From positions 1-57,827 of IMG/VR virus record IMGVR_UViG_3300025536_000018: DNA of 57,827 nt; one strand, 5' to 3'. Within the stretch, counting starts at the first letter, position 1, and every line of letters begins with the position of its first letter. This document shows, one piece after another, positions 36,332-45,829 of the stretch. The position numbers and the translations under genes were made by a program. This DNA is from a virus. Its lineage: Duplodnaviria > Caudoviricetes. The notes beneath the pieces are model-generated. The model saw nothing but the letters and a program-made list of their open reading frames with translations, had not been told where the DNA came from and made no database searches.

Positions 36332-36949
36332 TCAATGCTGCGACTTCAGGGCGTCACCGGACCACTTGGCACCCGTGACCTTGGCGTGATCCGCCAGGAG
36401 CGGATTGACCTTCGGGCGACCACCGGCACCTTCGTCGTCGCCCTTCACCTTGCCGCCGCCAGCGTTGGGGTGCTTCGACTTGCCCATGGCGCGGTCGAAG
36501 TGGTTGACGCGATCCCGGCCGCCCTTGCGGGCCGAGCGAGCGGCTTCTTCGCCTTCGTCTTCATCTTCGTCGGCTTCGTCGTCGGCGTCGATGTCGTCTT
36601 CGGCGTCTTCCAGGTCGTCATCGTCATCGTCATCGGGACCGGCGACCTTCTGCTTACCCTTCGGGGCAGCGGCCTTGGCCTTCTTGCCCTTGGGGGTGCC
36701 GAACGCGGCGTCGAGCATACCGATGGCGTCGTCCGCCGACAGGTTCTCGTTGTCGATGAGCGTTTTCGCCAGGGCACCGGCCTGTGGGCCGATATTCGAG
36801 GCGTGATCGCGGATCGCCTGCTTGCGTTCGATGCTGGTGGCGACGGCCGCTGCCGCCTTTGCACCGGCTTCGGCCGCGATGGTTCCGATCCGCTGGAGAT
36901 CGGCTTCGGTGAGAGCGGAAGTAACTTCCTTCGCCTTCGGGTCTGCCAT
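36332..36949 (-). CDS. Internal in-frame scaffold protein (Nu3-like)
   Basis: GAGGAA-N5-ATG (MADPKAK) after the protease domain, as in lambda C/Nu3. Confidence 0.6.
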   Translation of the reverse strand: MADPKAKEVTSALTEADLQRIGTIAAEAGAKAAAAVATSIERKQAIRDHASNIGPQAGALAKTLIDNENLSADDAIGMLDAAFGTPKGKKAKAAAPKGKQKVAGPDDDDDDDLEDAEDDIDADDEADEDEDEGEEAARSARKGGRDRVNHFDRAMGKSKHPNAGGGKVKGDDEGAGGRPKVNPLLADHAKVTGAKWSGDALKSQH

Positions 36950-37876
36950 TGTAAGTTCCTCTTCGTCTTCAGTGGAAGGGTCATCGTCGGCCAACTCGGC
37001 AAGGAACGCCGCGACGGCTTCAGTGGGCGTCTTTACCGCATTGATTAACCCTTTGGCAAGGGCTTCGTCCGCGCGATATACACGGGCTTGCGTTGCACGC
37101 ACTTCATCTTCGGAGATGTCGCGCGCTTCCGCCACCAGGGATATGAAGTCATCCCAGGTCTTTCCGGCGCTTTCACGCCACTCATCCAGAACGGCTTGCG
37201 GCAAGTCCTGATACGGATTGCCGTCAACTTTGTTCTCACCGGCCGTCGCGAACGTCACCTTGATCCCGGCGTCCTTCAGTGCGCCTTCGTAGCTGACGTG
37301 CATCCGATAGACACCGATGGACCCGATTCGGGCCGAAGGGATAGCGTAGATCGCCGTGGGGGCCACGCCGAGCGCGATGCCTCCGGAGGCGGCCAGCGAG
37401 TCGACCATGGCCAGGCTCGGCTTCACGCGGCGGCTAGCCATGATCTCGCGGGCAAGCTCGAAGCACCCGGCCGCCTCGCCGCCAGGGCTGTCCACGTCGA
37501 AGACGATCAATTCGACATCATCGTCATCCAGGGCCAGGTTGAGCATCCGGCGCACATACTGGTAGCCGGTCACGAATCCCCACGATCCGTTGAAGCGATT
37601 GAGCAAGGTTCCGTGGATCGGGATCACGGCCACGCCGTCCTGATAGACGAAGGGCTTGCGCTCATCTTCGTCTTGCGGCCCGTAGCCGTATGCCGACTCC
37701 AGGCTCTCCCGCGAAGCAACTTCCAACGCGGCTCCTTCGGTCGATGCGTCGATCTCATAGAACCGGGTCAGGTCCGCCATCACGCGCGGCGACGTGTCCT
37801 GGAGAATCAGCATGTCCCGCGAGTCGATGCGGGACAGTGCTTCCATGCTGATACTGTTGTTCTTCCGCTTACTCAT
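36332..37876 (-). CDS. Prohead protease (S49) fused to scaffold
   Basis: DVDSPGGE, LAASGG, IGSIGV, K.DGNPY; long charged C-terminus. Confidence 0.9.
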   Translation of the reverse strand: MSKRKNNSISMEALSRIDSRDMLILQDTSPRVMADLTRFYEIDASTEGAALEVASRESLESAYGYGPQDEDERKPFVYQDGVAVIPIHGTLLNRFNGSWGFVTGYQYVRRMLNLALDDDDVELIVFDVDSPGGEAAGCFELAREIMASRRVKPSLAMVDSLAASGGIALGVAPTAIYAIPSARIGSIGVYRMHVSYEGALKDAGIKVTFATAGENKVDGNPYQDLPQAVLDEWRESAGKTWDDFISLVAEARDISEDEVRATQARVYRADEALAKGLINAVKTPTEAVAAFLAELADDDPSTEDEEELTMADPKAKEVTSALTEADLQRIGTIAAEAGAKAAAAVATSIERKQAIRDHASNIGPQAGALAKTLIDNENLSADDAIGMLDAAFGTPKGKKAKAAAPKGKQKVAGPDDDDDDDLEDAEDDIDADDEADEDEDEGEEAARSARKGGRDRVNHFDRAMGKSKHPNAGGGKVKGDDEGAGGRPKVNPLLADHAKVTGAKWSGDALKSQH

Positions 37877-39590
37877 CGTCGGTGTCCTCATCTTCGTCGG
37901 CGTCAGCGTCGTCCTGGTTCTGTGCCGATCCGGCTCCAGCCCTGCCGCCTTGCATGGTGTTGCGGGCTTCGTTGTTCCCGGCGCGCTGTGCGTCGAGCGA
38001 GAACGGAAGGTCGAGCGCCACGAAGACCTTCTCTTCCTTGGCCCGCTGTGCCGCCAGTTCGCGCCAGTCTTCGCCGAGACGCGAGGCTTCCTTCTCGTAG
38101 GTCGAGAGACCCGCCTTGATCCGGAGCATCGCGGCTTGCGTCTCCTTCAGTTCGTCCACCTGACCACGGCCGGAAGCGATCCAGGAGCACCGCGTATAGG
38201 CGTCCTTCATGAGAGGCTTGTAGAAGTCGGTGCGGTTACGGCCGCGCGGCAGAGGCAAGTTGCCCTGTGCGATCTCTTCTTCAACCCAAAGCTGATAGAC
38301 TTGCGTGGCCGCCCGGTCAGCGCCGAACTTCTTCTTCGAGTTCATCGTCCGTTCGATCAATGCCATCTCGGCCTTGATCCCGGAATAGTTGAACTTTGCG
38401 AAGTTCCGGCTCATCTCGGAGAATCCGACACCGAAGGTCGCCGCGAGCTTGCGGATCAAAGAGTCCTCGAAGTCACTTCCGATTCCGCCCGGTGTGCCCA
38501 TCGGCAGGATGTTGAGCTTGGTGCCGGGGAACAGATGCGGCATCTTCACGCCGTCGATTGCAATGTTCTCGCTGGCTCCCAGGAAGTCCTGGAGCATCGA
38601 CATATACTGGCCGACCGCGTTCATGATCCCTTGCTCGCCGCCGCCCATGGCAGCGATGACATCGGCGTTCGGCATCTCGGACTCGACGGCCGCCGCATAG
38701 CTGGCATCGACCACGGCCTTCTGGAGCACCAGTTCCGAATAGGTCTTCGTCATGTTCGAGTGGCCGAGCGCCGCGACCATCTCGGAGATGCCACGGGTCT
38801 GGTCGATCATGTTGGGATCGCGGACGAACACCACCTGGCGGCGGCCCCACGGCTTGCGCGCTTCGATAATATCCCAGGTGTCGAACTCCCGGTTGTCCCA
38901 ATCGGTCTCGTAGCCGCGCCGGAAGTGGAAGCGGATCGGCCGGTTCTTCCGGTCCATCTCGACGCCGCGCGAGAGCTTGGCCCCGGTTCGCGGATCGTAT
39001 CCATCCGGCAGGCCGTCGCGGTTGCAGAGCCGATCCGGGGAGATCATCTGGATACAGGTCTTGAACGGCCGCGACGGATCGCTGTCTTCCCATTCGGACG
39101 TGCCGATGATCTCGCCCGTATAGCAGAACGCCCCAACCCATAGGCGGAGCATCCCGGTAAAGGTCAACTGGCCACTGGCGTCAAACCATCCGTCTTCGCT
39201 CTCGGCGGCCAGGTTGAAGCGGCTCTCGGCCACGGCCGCGAACTCTTCGGCCCATTCCTGCGCCCATGCGGCATCGGTGCCACAGATGACCCGATAGTCG
39301 GGCTTGGCGTTGAGGCGGTAGCTCGCCCCAACGATGCTGTCCTTCTGGATTCGGACGGCCCCTTGCGTGTAGCCGTCATTCAGCACCATGTCCTTGCCGC
39401 GTGCGTCGGCGAGCTTCTTGCCTGGATTGATCGCCCGGTCAGGGCTGACCATCGGCGGGGACCACAACGCGGTTTCCCGCTTGGTGCGCTCGGCACCCTC
39501 CAGTCCGCCGCCAAACGACATTTCCCGGCTCTCGCCGGGATGAAGGATGACCGCTGTGGACTTAACTGTTGCTGGAGCTTTCTTCATCAC
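37869..39590 (-). CDS. Portal protein (lambda family)
   Basis: DQTRGISE, NYSG, GRGQVDELKE, GLST..KE....G.DW. Confidence 0.92.
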   Translation of the reverse strand: MMKKAPATVKSTAVILHPGESREMSFGGGLEGAERTKRETALWSPPMVSPDRAINPGKKLADARGKDMVLNDGYTQGAVRIQKDSIVGASYRLNAKPDYRVICGTDAAWAQEWAEEFAAVAESRFNLAAESEDGWFDASGQLTFTGMLRLWVGAFCYTGEIIGTSEWEDSDPSRPFKTCIQMISPDRLCNRDGLPDGYDPRTGAKLSRGVEMDRKNRPIRFHFRRGYETDWDNREFDTWDIIEARKPWGRRQVVFVRDPNMIDQTRGISEMVAALGHSNMTKTYSELVLQKAVVDASYAAAVESEMPNADVIAAMGGGEQGIMNAVGQYMSMLQDFLGASENIAIDGVKMPHLFPGTKLNILPMGTPGGIGSDFEDSLIRKLAATFGVGFSEMSRNFAKFNYSGIKAEMALIERTMNSKKKFGADRAATQVYQLWVEEEIAQGNLPLPRGRNRTDFYKPLMKDAYTRCSWIASGRGQVDELKETQAAMLRIKAGLSTYEKEASRLGEDWRELAAQRAKEEKVFVALDLPFSLDAQRAGNNEARNTMQGGRAGAGSAQNQDDADADEDEDTDDE

Positions 39591-39844
39591 ATCCTCGGAA
39601 AGACAAAACCGACAGGGCGGGCCTTGTAGCGCCGCGCGAACCGACAGTCGATCATGGCTTTGAGTTCGTTGATGAAAGCAAGGAGCTTGGCCGCGTTAGC
39701 GGTCGTGTATTCCACTTGCTCACCGTTCTGGTCAACGAAACGCTTGATCGCCTTGCCGGAGAGGATGTCGTCATAAGCCGCTTCGAGCTTGACGATCCGA
39801 GCCTTGATGACCGCGATCTCGGTTGGCGTCAACGGCAGCGACAT
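39587..39844 (-). CDS. Head-tail joining protein (gpW-like)
   Basis: AY..ILSGK......DQNGEQVEYT.AN...L..FI..L. Confidence 0.85.
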   Translation of the reverse strand: MSLPLTPTEIAVIKARIVKLEAAYDDILSGKAIKRFVDQNGEQVEYTTANAAKLLAFINELKAMIDCRFARRYKARPVGFVFPRM

Positions 39845-39848
39845 CCCT

Positions 39849-42074
39849 TTACCCCATCTTGCGGCCGAACTCGGCAAAGTTAAACTGCTTTGTCTCGCGA
39901 CGTTCAAAGGCGACTTCGGCGTCCGCTGCTATGACCAGGGGGTTGTCGTCCCAATCGGCGGCAAACGGAGGCGGGCGGTCCCAATTGAGCCGATCTATCC
40001 CAATAAGGGACGAAACGCAAGCCCCGATGGCATAGTAGAACAAATCCCAGGCTTCGTTGCGCTTGGCGATCTTCTTCCATCCCTCGCCGGGGACTCGCAT
40101 CTCGGAAGTTAGTTCCGCGAAAAACCAAGACATGCTTTCCGTTATCAGCCAATCGGGAAGGTGGATCATGCCCTTCCCGGTCTCCAATACGTCAAGGCGC
40201 GCGTCCAGGTTGTCCTTGTTGATTGTCGGGTTAAGCTGGAGCACAGGGATTTCCCCGCGACGGCGCGACTTATCCTTGGCGATCTCACTGTCCGGATAGG
40301 TGATGCGGGCGCGCGGTGCCCCTGGCGTGGAGTCACCCTTCAGGAGATGGAACCGCGAGGACAACCCTTCGTCTCGCATCTTGCGATAGAAGTTGTAGGC
40401 GTTGGTCGTCACGCCGACCTTCTTGCCGTCGCTGCCCTCCTTGCCCGCCGCACCACCGGAGTCGCACAGCGTCAGCTTCACCGTCATCTTACGGCCGCTG
40501 TCATCGTCAAGCTCATAGCTCGCGTCGATCACTTGCTCTTTGATCTTATCCCAATCGTCCAGGTAGGATGCGGGCTTAACCCAAAGATAGCTCTCCTTGC
40601 CCTCCGGAGCGGACGGGTCCATGCGGTCGGAATACTGGATCGTGAAGCGGTCCACCAGATACAAGTCGAACGGCTCTCCAGGAGCTACGCCGATAATCTG
40701 CACCACGAAGGCGTTCTTCTGCACGTCCACCAGGCCAAGGAGGAAGCGAACGCGGGGCGGCACCTTCTTGTAGCTCCACGCCTCGCATCGGCCTTGGATA
40801 GATTCCGGAGTGCGGTTCTCGGAGTCGACAATGTGCTTCGGCACATAGGGCAAGCCGAGATCGGTATTGTAGAACTTCGTCAGCGCCGTCTCATCGCCGG
40901 TCGCCAGATAGTCGTCTTCAGCGTCCAGGTAGCTCTTGACCAGTTGCGGCCAGGTCACGAACGCGGCGGCCACTCCCATGAGCCAGAAGGACGCGATGTT
41001 CGAGCCGTTGCCCTTCCCGCGCACATAGCCTTCTTCGTCTATCCACTGGCCTTCCTTTACCCATTGCCCCCACAGGTTCATCTTCTTCCGCTGGACTTGC
41101 TGGATGCGGTAGGAGCAATGCGGGCACTCCATGTAGGCACTCGCGGACTTGTCGGTGTTCGACTGGAGATCGTTATCCCACTTGATATGATCCCAACGGC
41201 CCTCGAAGTAACTTCCACATTCAGGGCAAGGCCAGTGCCAGCGTCGGCGGTCGCCGCGATTGTAGAGCGAGAGGATGCCGGTCGTCGGCGGAGCCATGTG
41301 GCCGGTGACGACTTTCTTGTAGTCGATGATCTCGCGCGACGGGCTACTCTCCGCCAGCGTCATGGCGTTCGAGCCGTAGGTCGTGGTGCGCTTTGATGCC
41401 AGGTCGAAGGCGTTACCCTCGCCGTCGATATCATCCTCGATTCGGTCGTAGTCGGTGATCCCGACGCGGCCGATAGGCTTGCCTGACAATTCGTTCTTCG
41501 ACGGATGGGAGATCGTCAAGAGCATCCCGTTATCGAAGGTCTTGTCGAACTTGTTGTCCGACTGGCTACCCTTGGCCAGGGCGTCCTTGACTTCCGGCGT
41601 GTAGCGGATGAGGCGGTCGATACGCCGCATGGAAAAGTCGCGAGCCGCCGTGAACGACTGGCACACAATCATCATGTCCTGGCCGTCTAGGTGCGCGCCG
41701 TAGCCGGTCCAGTTCACGATGAGGCCGTCAGTCTTGCCGGTCTGTGCCGATCCCACGAAGACTTCGCCCCGGAGATCGGGATTGGTCAGTTCGTCGGCCG
41801 GTTCCTCCATGTAGGGCGTGGTCTCGTTCCGGTAGGGACCAATATACGCGCCAGGCTGGTTGACTTCGCGATATTCTTCTGCCCACTCGCTGACCGTCAT
41901 TCGGCGCGGCGGGACGAAGACCTTCTCTGTGACCGCGACCGCGAGTTCGCAGAGATCGGAGTATTTAGATATCGACTTCTTCGTCTTCCGGGGTTTCAGG
42001 AATTGTTCCGGCGTCACCACGGGAATCGACCAGGCGTTCAACAGCCGATCCTGTATGATGTTCTCGGTTAGCAT
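39849..42074 (-). CDS. terL: Terminase large subunit (lambda GpA family)
   Basis: TPYM.E, Walker A SAQTGKT, CPEC/CPHC, VDVQ, RNEAWDL. Confidence 0.93.
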   Translation of the reverse strand: MLTENIIQDRLLNAWSIPVVTPEQFLKPRKTKKSISKYSDLCELAVAVTEKVFVPPRRMTVSEWAEEYREVNQPGAYIGPYRNETTPYMEEPADELTNPDLRGEVFVGSAQTGKTDGLIVNWTGYGAHLDGQDMMIVCQSFTAARDFSMRRIDRLIRYTPEVKDALAKGSQSDNKFDKTFDNGMLLTISHPSKNELSGKPIGRVGITDYDRIEDDIDGEGNAFDLASKRTTTYGSNAMTLAESSPSREIIDYKKVVTGHMAPPTTGILSLYNRGDRRRWHWPCPECGSYFEGRWDHIKWDNDLQSNTDKSASAYMECPHCSYRIQQVQRKKMNLWGQWVKEGQWIDEEGYVRGKGNGSNIASFWLMGVAAAFVTWPQLVKSYLDAEDDYLATGDETALTKFYNTDLGLPYVPKHIVDSENRTPESIQGRCEAWSYKKVPPRVRFLLGLVDVQKNAFVVQIIGVAPGEPFDLYLVDRFTIQYSDRMDPSAPEGKESYLWVKPASYLDDWDKIKEQVIDASYELDDDSGRKMTVKLTLCDSGGAAGKEGSDGKKVGVTTNAYNFYRKMRDEGLSSRFHLLKGDSTPGAPRARITYPDSEIAKDKSRRRGEIPVLQLNPTINKDNLDARLDVLETGKGMIHLPDWLITESMSWFFAELTSEMRVPGEGWKKIAKRNEAWDLFYYAIGACVSSLIGIDRLNWDRPPPFAADWDDNPLVIAADAEVAFERRETKQFNFAEFGRKMG

Positions 42075-42585
42075 AGTATTCCTGGAAGCCCTCGGTTAGC
42101 TTTTCTTTGAACTGTGTGATCGAAGCGTCGGTTATACGCCGAAAGGCCCGCCGTTGTCCATCCGTCAGCCCCTCTTCGCGTTCGATGTCATCGACCACCA
42201 GCAACATGGTTTGGCGGATGCCGTTCTCCAGCACCGCGAATAGGGCCACAACATCTTCGGTCGGCCACAGGTTCCCCATCTCCTTCTCGAAGGCGGCACG
42301 GGCACGCTGGCCGTTCCAGAACTCCTTGTTGAGAAGGGGTGGAAGCTCCTGTGGCGACATCTGCCGGATATACTCTTCGATCTCATAGCCTGGCTTGACC
42401 AGGCGGGACGCGGCCTCCCGGATTTTATAGACCTTGTAGCCGTTCCGCTTGCCGCACGGGATGATGCCCTTCATCCTTTGCGGAAGTGTCTTGGCGTCCG
42501 TCTCAAATAACTGTGCGATCTGGCTCATCGTAGCCTCGCCAGTCGCAAGTAATTCGGAAGTAACATCCGATATCCGCTTCACCAC
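41965..42585 (-). CDS. terS: Terminase small subunit (DUF1441-like)
   Basis: N-terminal HTH, P.ELPP.L.KEFW.GQ..R..F....G.LW.T; upstream of terL. Confidence 0.8.
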   Translation of the reverse strand: MVKRISDVTSELLATGEATMSQIAQLFETDAKTLPQRMKGIIPCGKRNGYKVYKIREAASRLVKPGYEIEEYIRQMSPQELPPLLNKEFWNGQRARAAFEKEMGNLWPTEDVVALFAVLENGIRQTMLLVVDDIEREEGLTDGQRRAFRRITDASITQFKEKLTEGFQEYYANREHHTGSAVERLVDSRGDAGTIPETPEDEEVDI

Positions 42586-42848
42586 AGCTTCAGTTCCTCT
42601 ATCAAATCTTCGATCCGGGTGTGCAGGCTATAGACCGGCCGCTCACCCGATATCCAATACCGCCGCGCCAGGCCGTTATAGTAGATCGCACTCTCCATAC
42701 TCGACATGCGCCGCATCTTCAATCGCCATACCAGGAAGGCGATCTCCTTTTCCAGGCGATCCACGGCCGGGGACGGCTGGACTCCGCCCATGGTCTCTAT
42801 CAGGCCCCCGATCTCGGCCGACAATGCTTCCATCCCTTCAGTGAGCAC
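42579..42848 (-). CDS. Hypothetical protein with the shared coiled-coil tag
   Basis: 89 aa, overlaps both neighbours. Confidence 0.65.
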   Translation of the reverse strand: MLTEGMEALSAEIGGLIETMGGVQPSPAVDRLEKEIAFLVWRLKMRRMSSMESAIYYNGLARRYWISGERPVYSLHTRIEDLIEELKLW

Positions 42849-43185
42849 GGATCGTCTCCGTCAAGCCGTCCACGGCGATCTCCAGTTGTCGGCAGGCTCC
42901 TAGCAAACCGGCAGGGCGTTCCCGAAGAGCGGCCGGGTCTAGGTCGAAAGCCAATTGGACCGGGCCGCTGGTCCGGAGATCGGAAGCCAAGGACGCACGG
43001 CCGCGAACGGAGTCGACTCCCGCCCGTTTCATGGCGGTAGCTAGGGCGTCATCGTGATCGTCCCCGAAGGCCGATGCGAGGACTTTCCTCTCGAACAGCG
43101 CGCCGGGGCCGACAAGCTGCACAAAGGTCTTGCCCTTGCCCGCGTCGAGCGAGCATCCGATCCAGGCGTCAGAAGGGGATGTCAT
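42838..43185 (-). CDS. Hypothetical protein (paralogue family, coiled-coil tag)
   Basis: GGAG RBS; GLLGACRQLEIAVDGLTETI. Confidence 0.65.
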   Translation of the reverse strand: MTSPSDAWIGCSLDAGKGKTFVQLVGPGALFERKVLASAFGDDHDDALATAMKRAGVDSVRGRASLASDLRTSGPVQLAFDLDPAALRERPAGLLGACRQLEIAVDGLTETIRAH

Positions 43186-43546
43186 CGTCAAGCTCCCCTG
43201 GTGGATCGACCTTGAACCGTTCGGCCGCCAAGCCATACCGTAGATCGCTCGCAGCGCGCTCCAGGCGCATCATAGCGCCTTTCAGCCCTGGCACCCGCCC
43301 GATGAGCGCCGGAGACGCCAGAGCGTCGTCCACGGCCGCCTGGAGCGTCGATCCGAAGCCAAGACAGTCGTGCTCCAGGCCGGGGCCTTGAAGTGCCACG
43401 TTGACCCGCTCCTTGTTCTCGCGGTGGATGAGCTTGCCCGTCTTCTCGCTGACGCCCGACACCACCTTCGGATGCTTGGCTTCCCATAGCGTCAGGTTCA
43501 ACGATTCCAGGTGGGCCTGGATATCAGGGTCAAGTTTAACCGGCAC
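43169..43546 (-). CDS. Hypothetical protein (paralogue family) ending in SSB-like DDDIPF
   Basis: GTG start with GGAG RBS; GLKGAMMRLERAASDL; C-terminus ELDDDIPF. Confidence 0.7.
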   Translation of the reverse strand: MPVKLDPDIQAHLESLNLTLWEAKHPKVVSGVSEKTGKLIHRENKERVNVALQGPGLEHDCLGFGSTLQAAVDDALASPALIGRVPGLKGAMMRLERAASDLRYGLAAERFKVDPPGELDDDIPF

Positions 43547-43862
43547 GCAACGTCTCCACCAATCGGTCGATGGCACGCTCGGCGCGGAGCATGGACGCCT
43601 TCAAGCCGCGCGGCATCGCAGCGTCAACCGCGTCCTCGAACGTCGCGCCGACAGCGGTGGCGACGGTGCCGCCGTCAGCCCATGGGACGCGATCCATCCG
43701 GTTGAGCGTCACCATCCACGGATCGGCAGGCTCGGCCACGCGGGTCAGCCTGCGGCCGTTCGGGATGAAGAGATGTTGCGGCTGGTAGCACTGGCCGATC
43801 TTCAGCCCCATAGACTGAATCTGGACTTGCGTGAAATGGTCCAGCTTATGCTGCTTTGACAC
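43536..43862 (-). CDS. Hypothetical protein (paralogue family)
   Basis: GGAGG RBS plus GTG; GLKASMLRAERAIDRLVETL. Confidence 0.7.
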   Translation of the reverse strand: MSKQHKLDHFTQVQIQSMGLKIGQCYQPQHLFIPNGRRLTRVAEPADPWMVTLNRMDRVPWADGGTVATAVGATFEDAVDAAMPRGLKASMLRAERAIDRLVETLRAG

Positions 43863-45486
43863 GGGTGGTCCTCCGTTCGTTGTCGTTCGCGAACCGTGCC
43901 CTCGCTGCACGGATAAACTTGAAGAGTCGCTCTTGGCCTTTGTGCTTGTCTTCCAAGCACTCATAAACCAGTTCGTCGTAGGTATCAACGCAAGTCAACT
44001 GCCAAACGCGAACTAACTTCCGCTGTCCTTGCCTGGCCAGGCGTCCGATGACTTGCTCGTAAAGCTCCCGGCTGTAGAACGGATCGAAGATCGCGATGTC
44101 GTGGCCTGGACCCTTCTGAAGGTTGAGACCGTGACCGGCGCTCGCCGGGTGAACCAGGAGCATCTTGATCTTCCCGGCGTTCCAGGCGTCCTTGCACTTT
44201 GCCTCGCGGTCCATGACCACCGCATCCGGGAAAGCCTTCTTCAGCCGCGCCAGGGTGGACTGGAACCAGTATGTCACCATGAGCGGTTCGCCGTCGAGTT
44301 CGTCCACCAACTGTTTCAGGTCTTCGATCTTCTCGTCATGCACGGCGACGACTTGCTTCTCGGCGTCATAGACGGCACCGGCCGATAGCTGGAGCAACTT
44401 GTTGAACAGCGCCCCGGCGCTCATCGCTTCGATGATGTCGTCATCAAGCTCCAGGATGAAGTTGCGCTCGAAGTCGCGGTAACGCTCCTGGATATCGGTC
44501 GGCAAGACCACGCGGCGCTTGATCGGCACCCAATCTTCGACCTTCACATAGTCGCGCACATCCGCCAGCTTCACCACCTTGCAGATGTCCGCGATCTTCG
44601 TGCCGATCCGCTTGTCATTGCCCCGGCGAAGATGCCACTTCCGATTCGGAAGCTCCTTGAAATACTTCATGTGGTAGCTTCGCATCGAATTGCCGAGACG
44701 CTTGCCGCGATCCAGGAGGAACAACTGTGCGAACAGCCCCTCATAGCTCTCGCTCGCGGGAGAGGCCGTCAACTGGTGCATCCGCTTCATCCGGCCGCGC
44801 GCCTTGTTGAGCGCTTTCCACCGGGCCGTTGACGGGTCTTTGAACTTCGAGCTTTCGTCCAGGAAGCACACATCGTAGGGCCAGGTCTCGCCGGTTATTT
44901 GACCGCGCTTCTCCCAATACTCCACCAGCCAAACCAGTTGTTCGACATTGATGATGTGAAGCTCTGTGTCCTCCAGGGCGAGCCGTTGGCGCTTCGCCTC
45001 CTTGGCGGCCTGGCGATAGGGGGACGCCTTCCTGGCGGCGTTCCTGGCGGCAACGCGGGGCGTCTCGCCGACACGGCGTTCGGCCGCGTAGAAGCGATCA
45101 TAGTGCTCCTTGTAGATCGCCTTGATATCGTCGTCGGAATCTTCAGCGCGGATCAATGTGTATTCGATCCCGGCCGCTTGCTTCCATTCCTTGATCTCTT
45201 CCGGCCAGGTTGAACGGGCCACGCGGAGAGGGGCGATCACCAGGGCCTTGCCGCGCCATCCATCGTTCAAGAGATCGGACAGGAGGGTGAGCGCGATCAC
45301 CGACTTTCCCAGGCCCACGTCGATGAACAGCGCGGAGTAGGGATTCTTCTTCAGGTGCTTGACGCAAGACCGCTGGTAGGGGTGCAAGTCATCACGCCCA
45401 CGGATCACCTTTCCGTAGGTCTCCTGGAACCAGGAAGCGAGATCAAACCGCTGTTCTGCTATATCTCTAGCAAGCATCGGCCCCAT
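43846..45486 (-). CDS. SNF2-family helicase
   Basis: GLGKS, DESS, LTASP, HPASAGHGLNLQ, GRLARQGQ. Confidence 0.92.
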   Translation of the reverse strand: MGPMLARDIAEQRFDLASWFQETYGKVIRGRDDLHPYQRSCVKHLKKNPYSALFIDVGLGKSVIALTLLSDLLNDGWRGKALVIAPLRVARSTWPEEIKEWKQAAGIEYTLIRAEDSDDDIKAIYKEHYDRFYAAERRVGETPRVAARNAARKASPYRQAAKEAKRQRLALEDTELHIINVEQLVWLVEYWEKRGQITGETWPYDVCFLDESSKFKDPSTARWKALNKARGRMKRMHQLTASPASESYEGLFAQLFLLDRGKRLGNSMRSYHMKYFKELPNRKWHLRRGNDKRIGTKIADICKVVKLADVRDYVKVEDWVPIKRRVVLPTDIQERYRDFERNFILELDDDIIEAMSAGALFNKLLQLSAGAVYDAEKQVVAVHDEKIEDLKQLVDELDGEPLMVTYWFQSTLARLKKAFPDAVVMDREAKCKDAWNAGKIKMLLVHPASAGHGLNLQKGPGHDIAIFDPFYSRELYEQVIGRLARQGQRKLVRVWQLTCVDTYDELVYECLEDKHKGQERLFKFIRAARARFANDNERRTTRVKAA

Positions 45487-45829
45487 ACTTCTTTCGGATC
45501 ACGCGGGCGGCGAACTCCGGATAGACGACTTTGTAACCGCCAGGATCGAGTCGAACTAACTTCCGATATCCGGCCACGCTATCGGTCCACCATGCTTCGA
45601 CACCCGCGTTCCGCATCTCCCATATCCGGAGGAACTGTTGTGCGCTCGGCTTGCGTCCTGGAACCTTGAACTCGATATGGATGGCACCGCCGCTCACCTT
45701 CTCGGCGAACGTGTCGGGGAAGCCGTTGATCGACTTGCCTTCGACTTGCCAGAAGATGAGATCGTTCGGGCGCGCGTGGTCGTCCCGGCACTCATCCTTT
45801 ATCGCGCCTTCAGGTTGCCGCCGTCCCAT
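45467..45829 (-). CDS. VRR-NUC endonuclease
   Basis: GFPD...IEFKVPG.KPS.QQ. Confidence 0.85.
   Translation of the reverse strand: MGRRQPEGAIKDECRDDHARPNDLIFWQVEGKSINGFPDTFAEKVSGGAIHIEFKVPGRKPSAQQFLRIWEMRNAGVEAWWTDSVAGYRKLVRLDPGGYKVVYPEFAARVIRKKYGADAC

Noticed and set aside
41965-41985. EEVD as a eukaryotic Hsp70/Hsp90 TPR-binding motif
   Set aside because: It is followed by Ile and the host is bacterial; treated as part of the general acidic tail pattern
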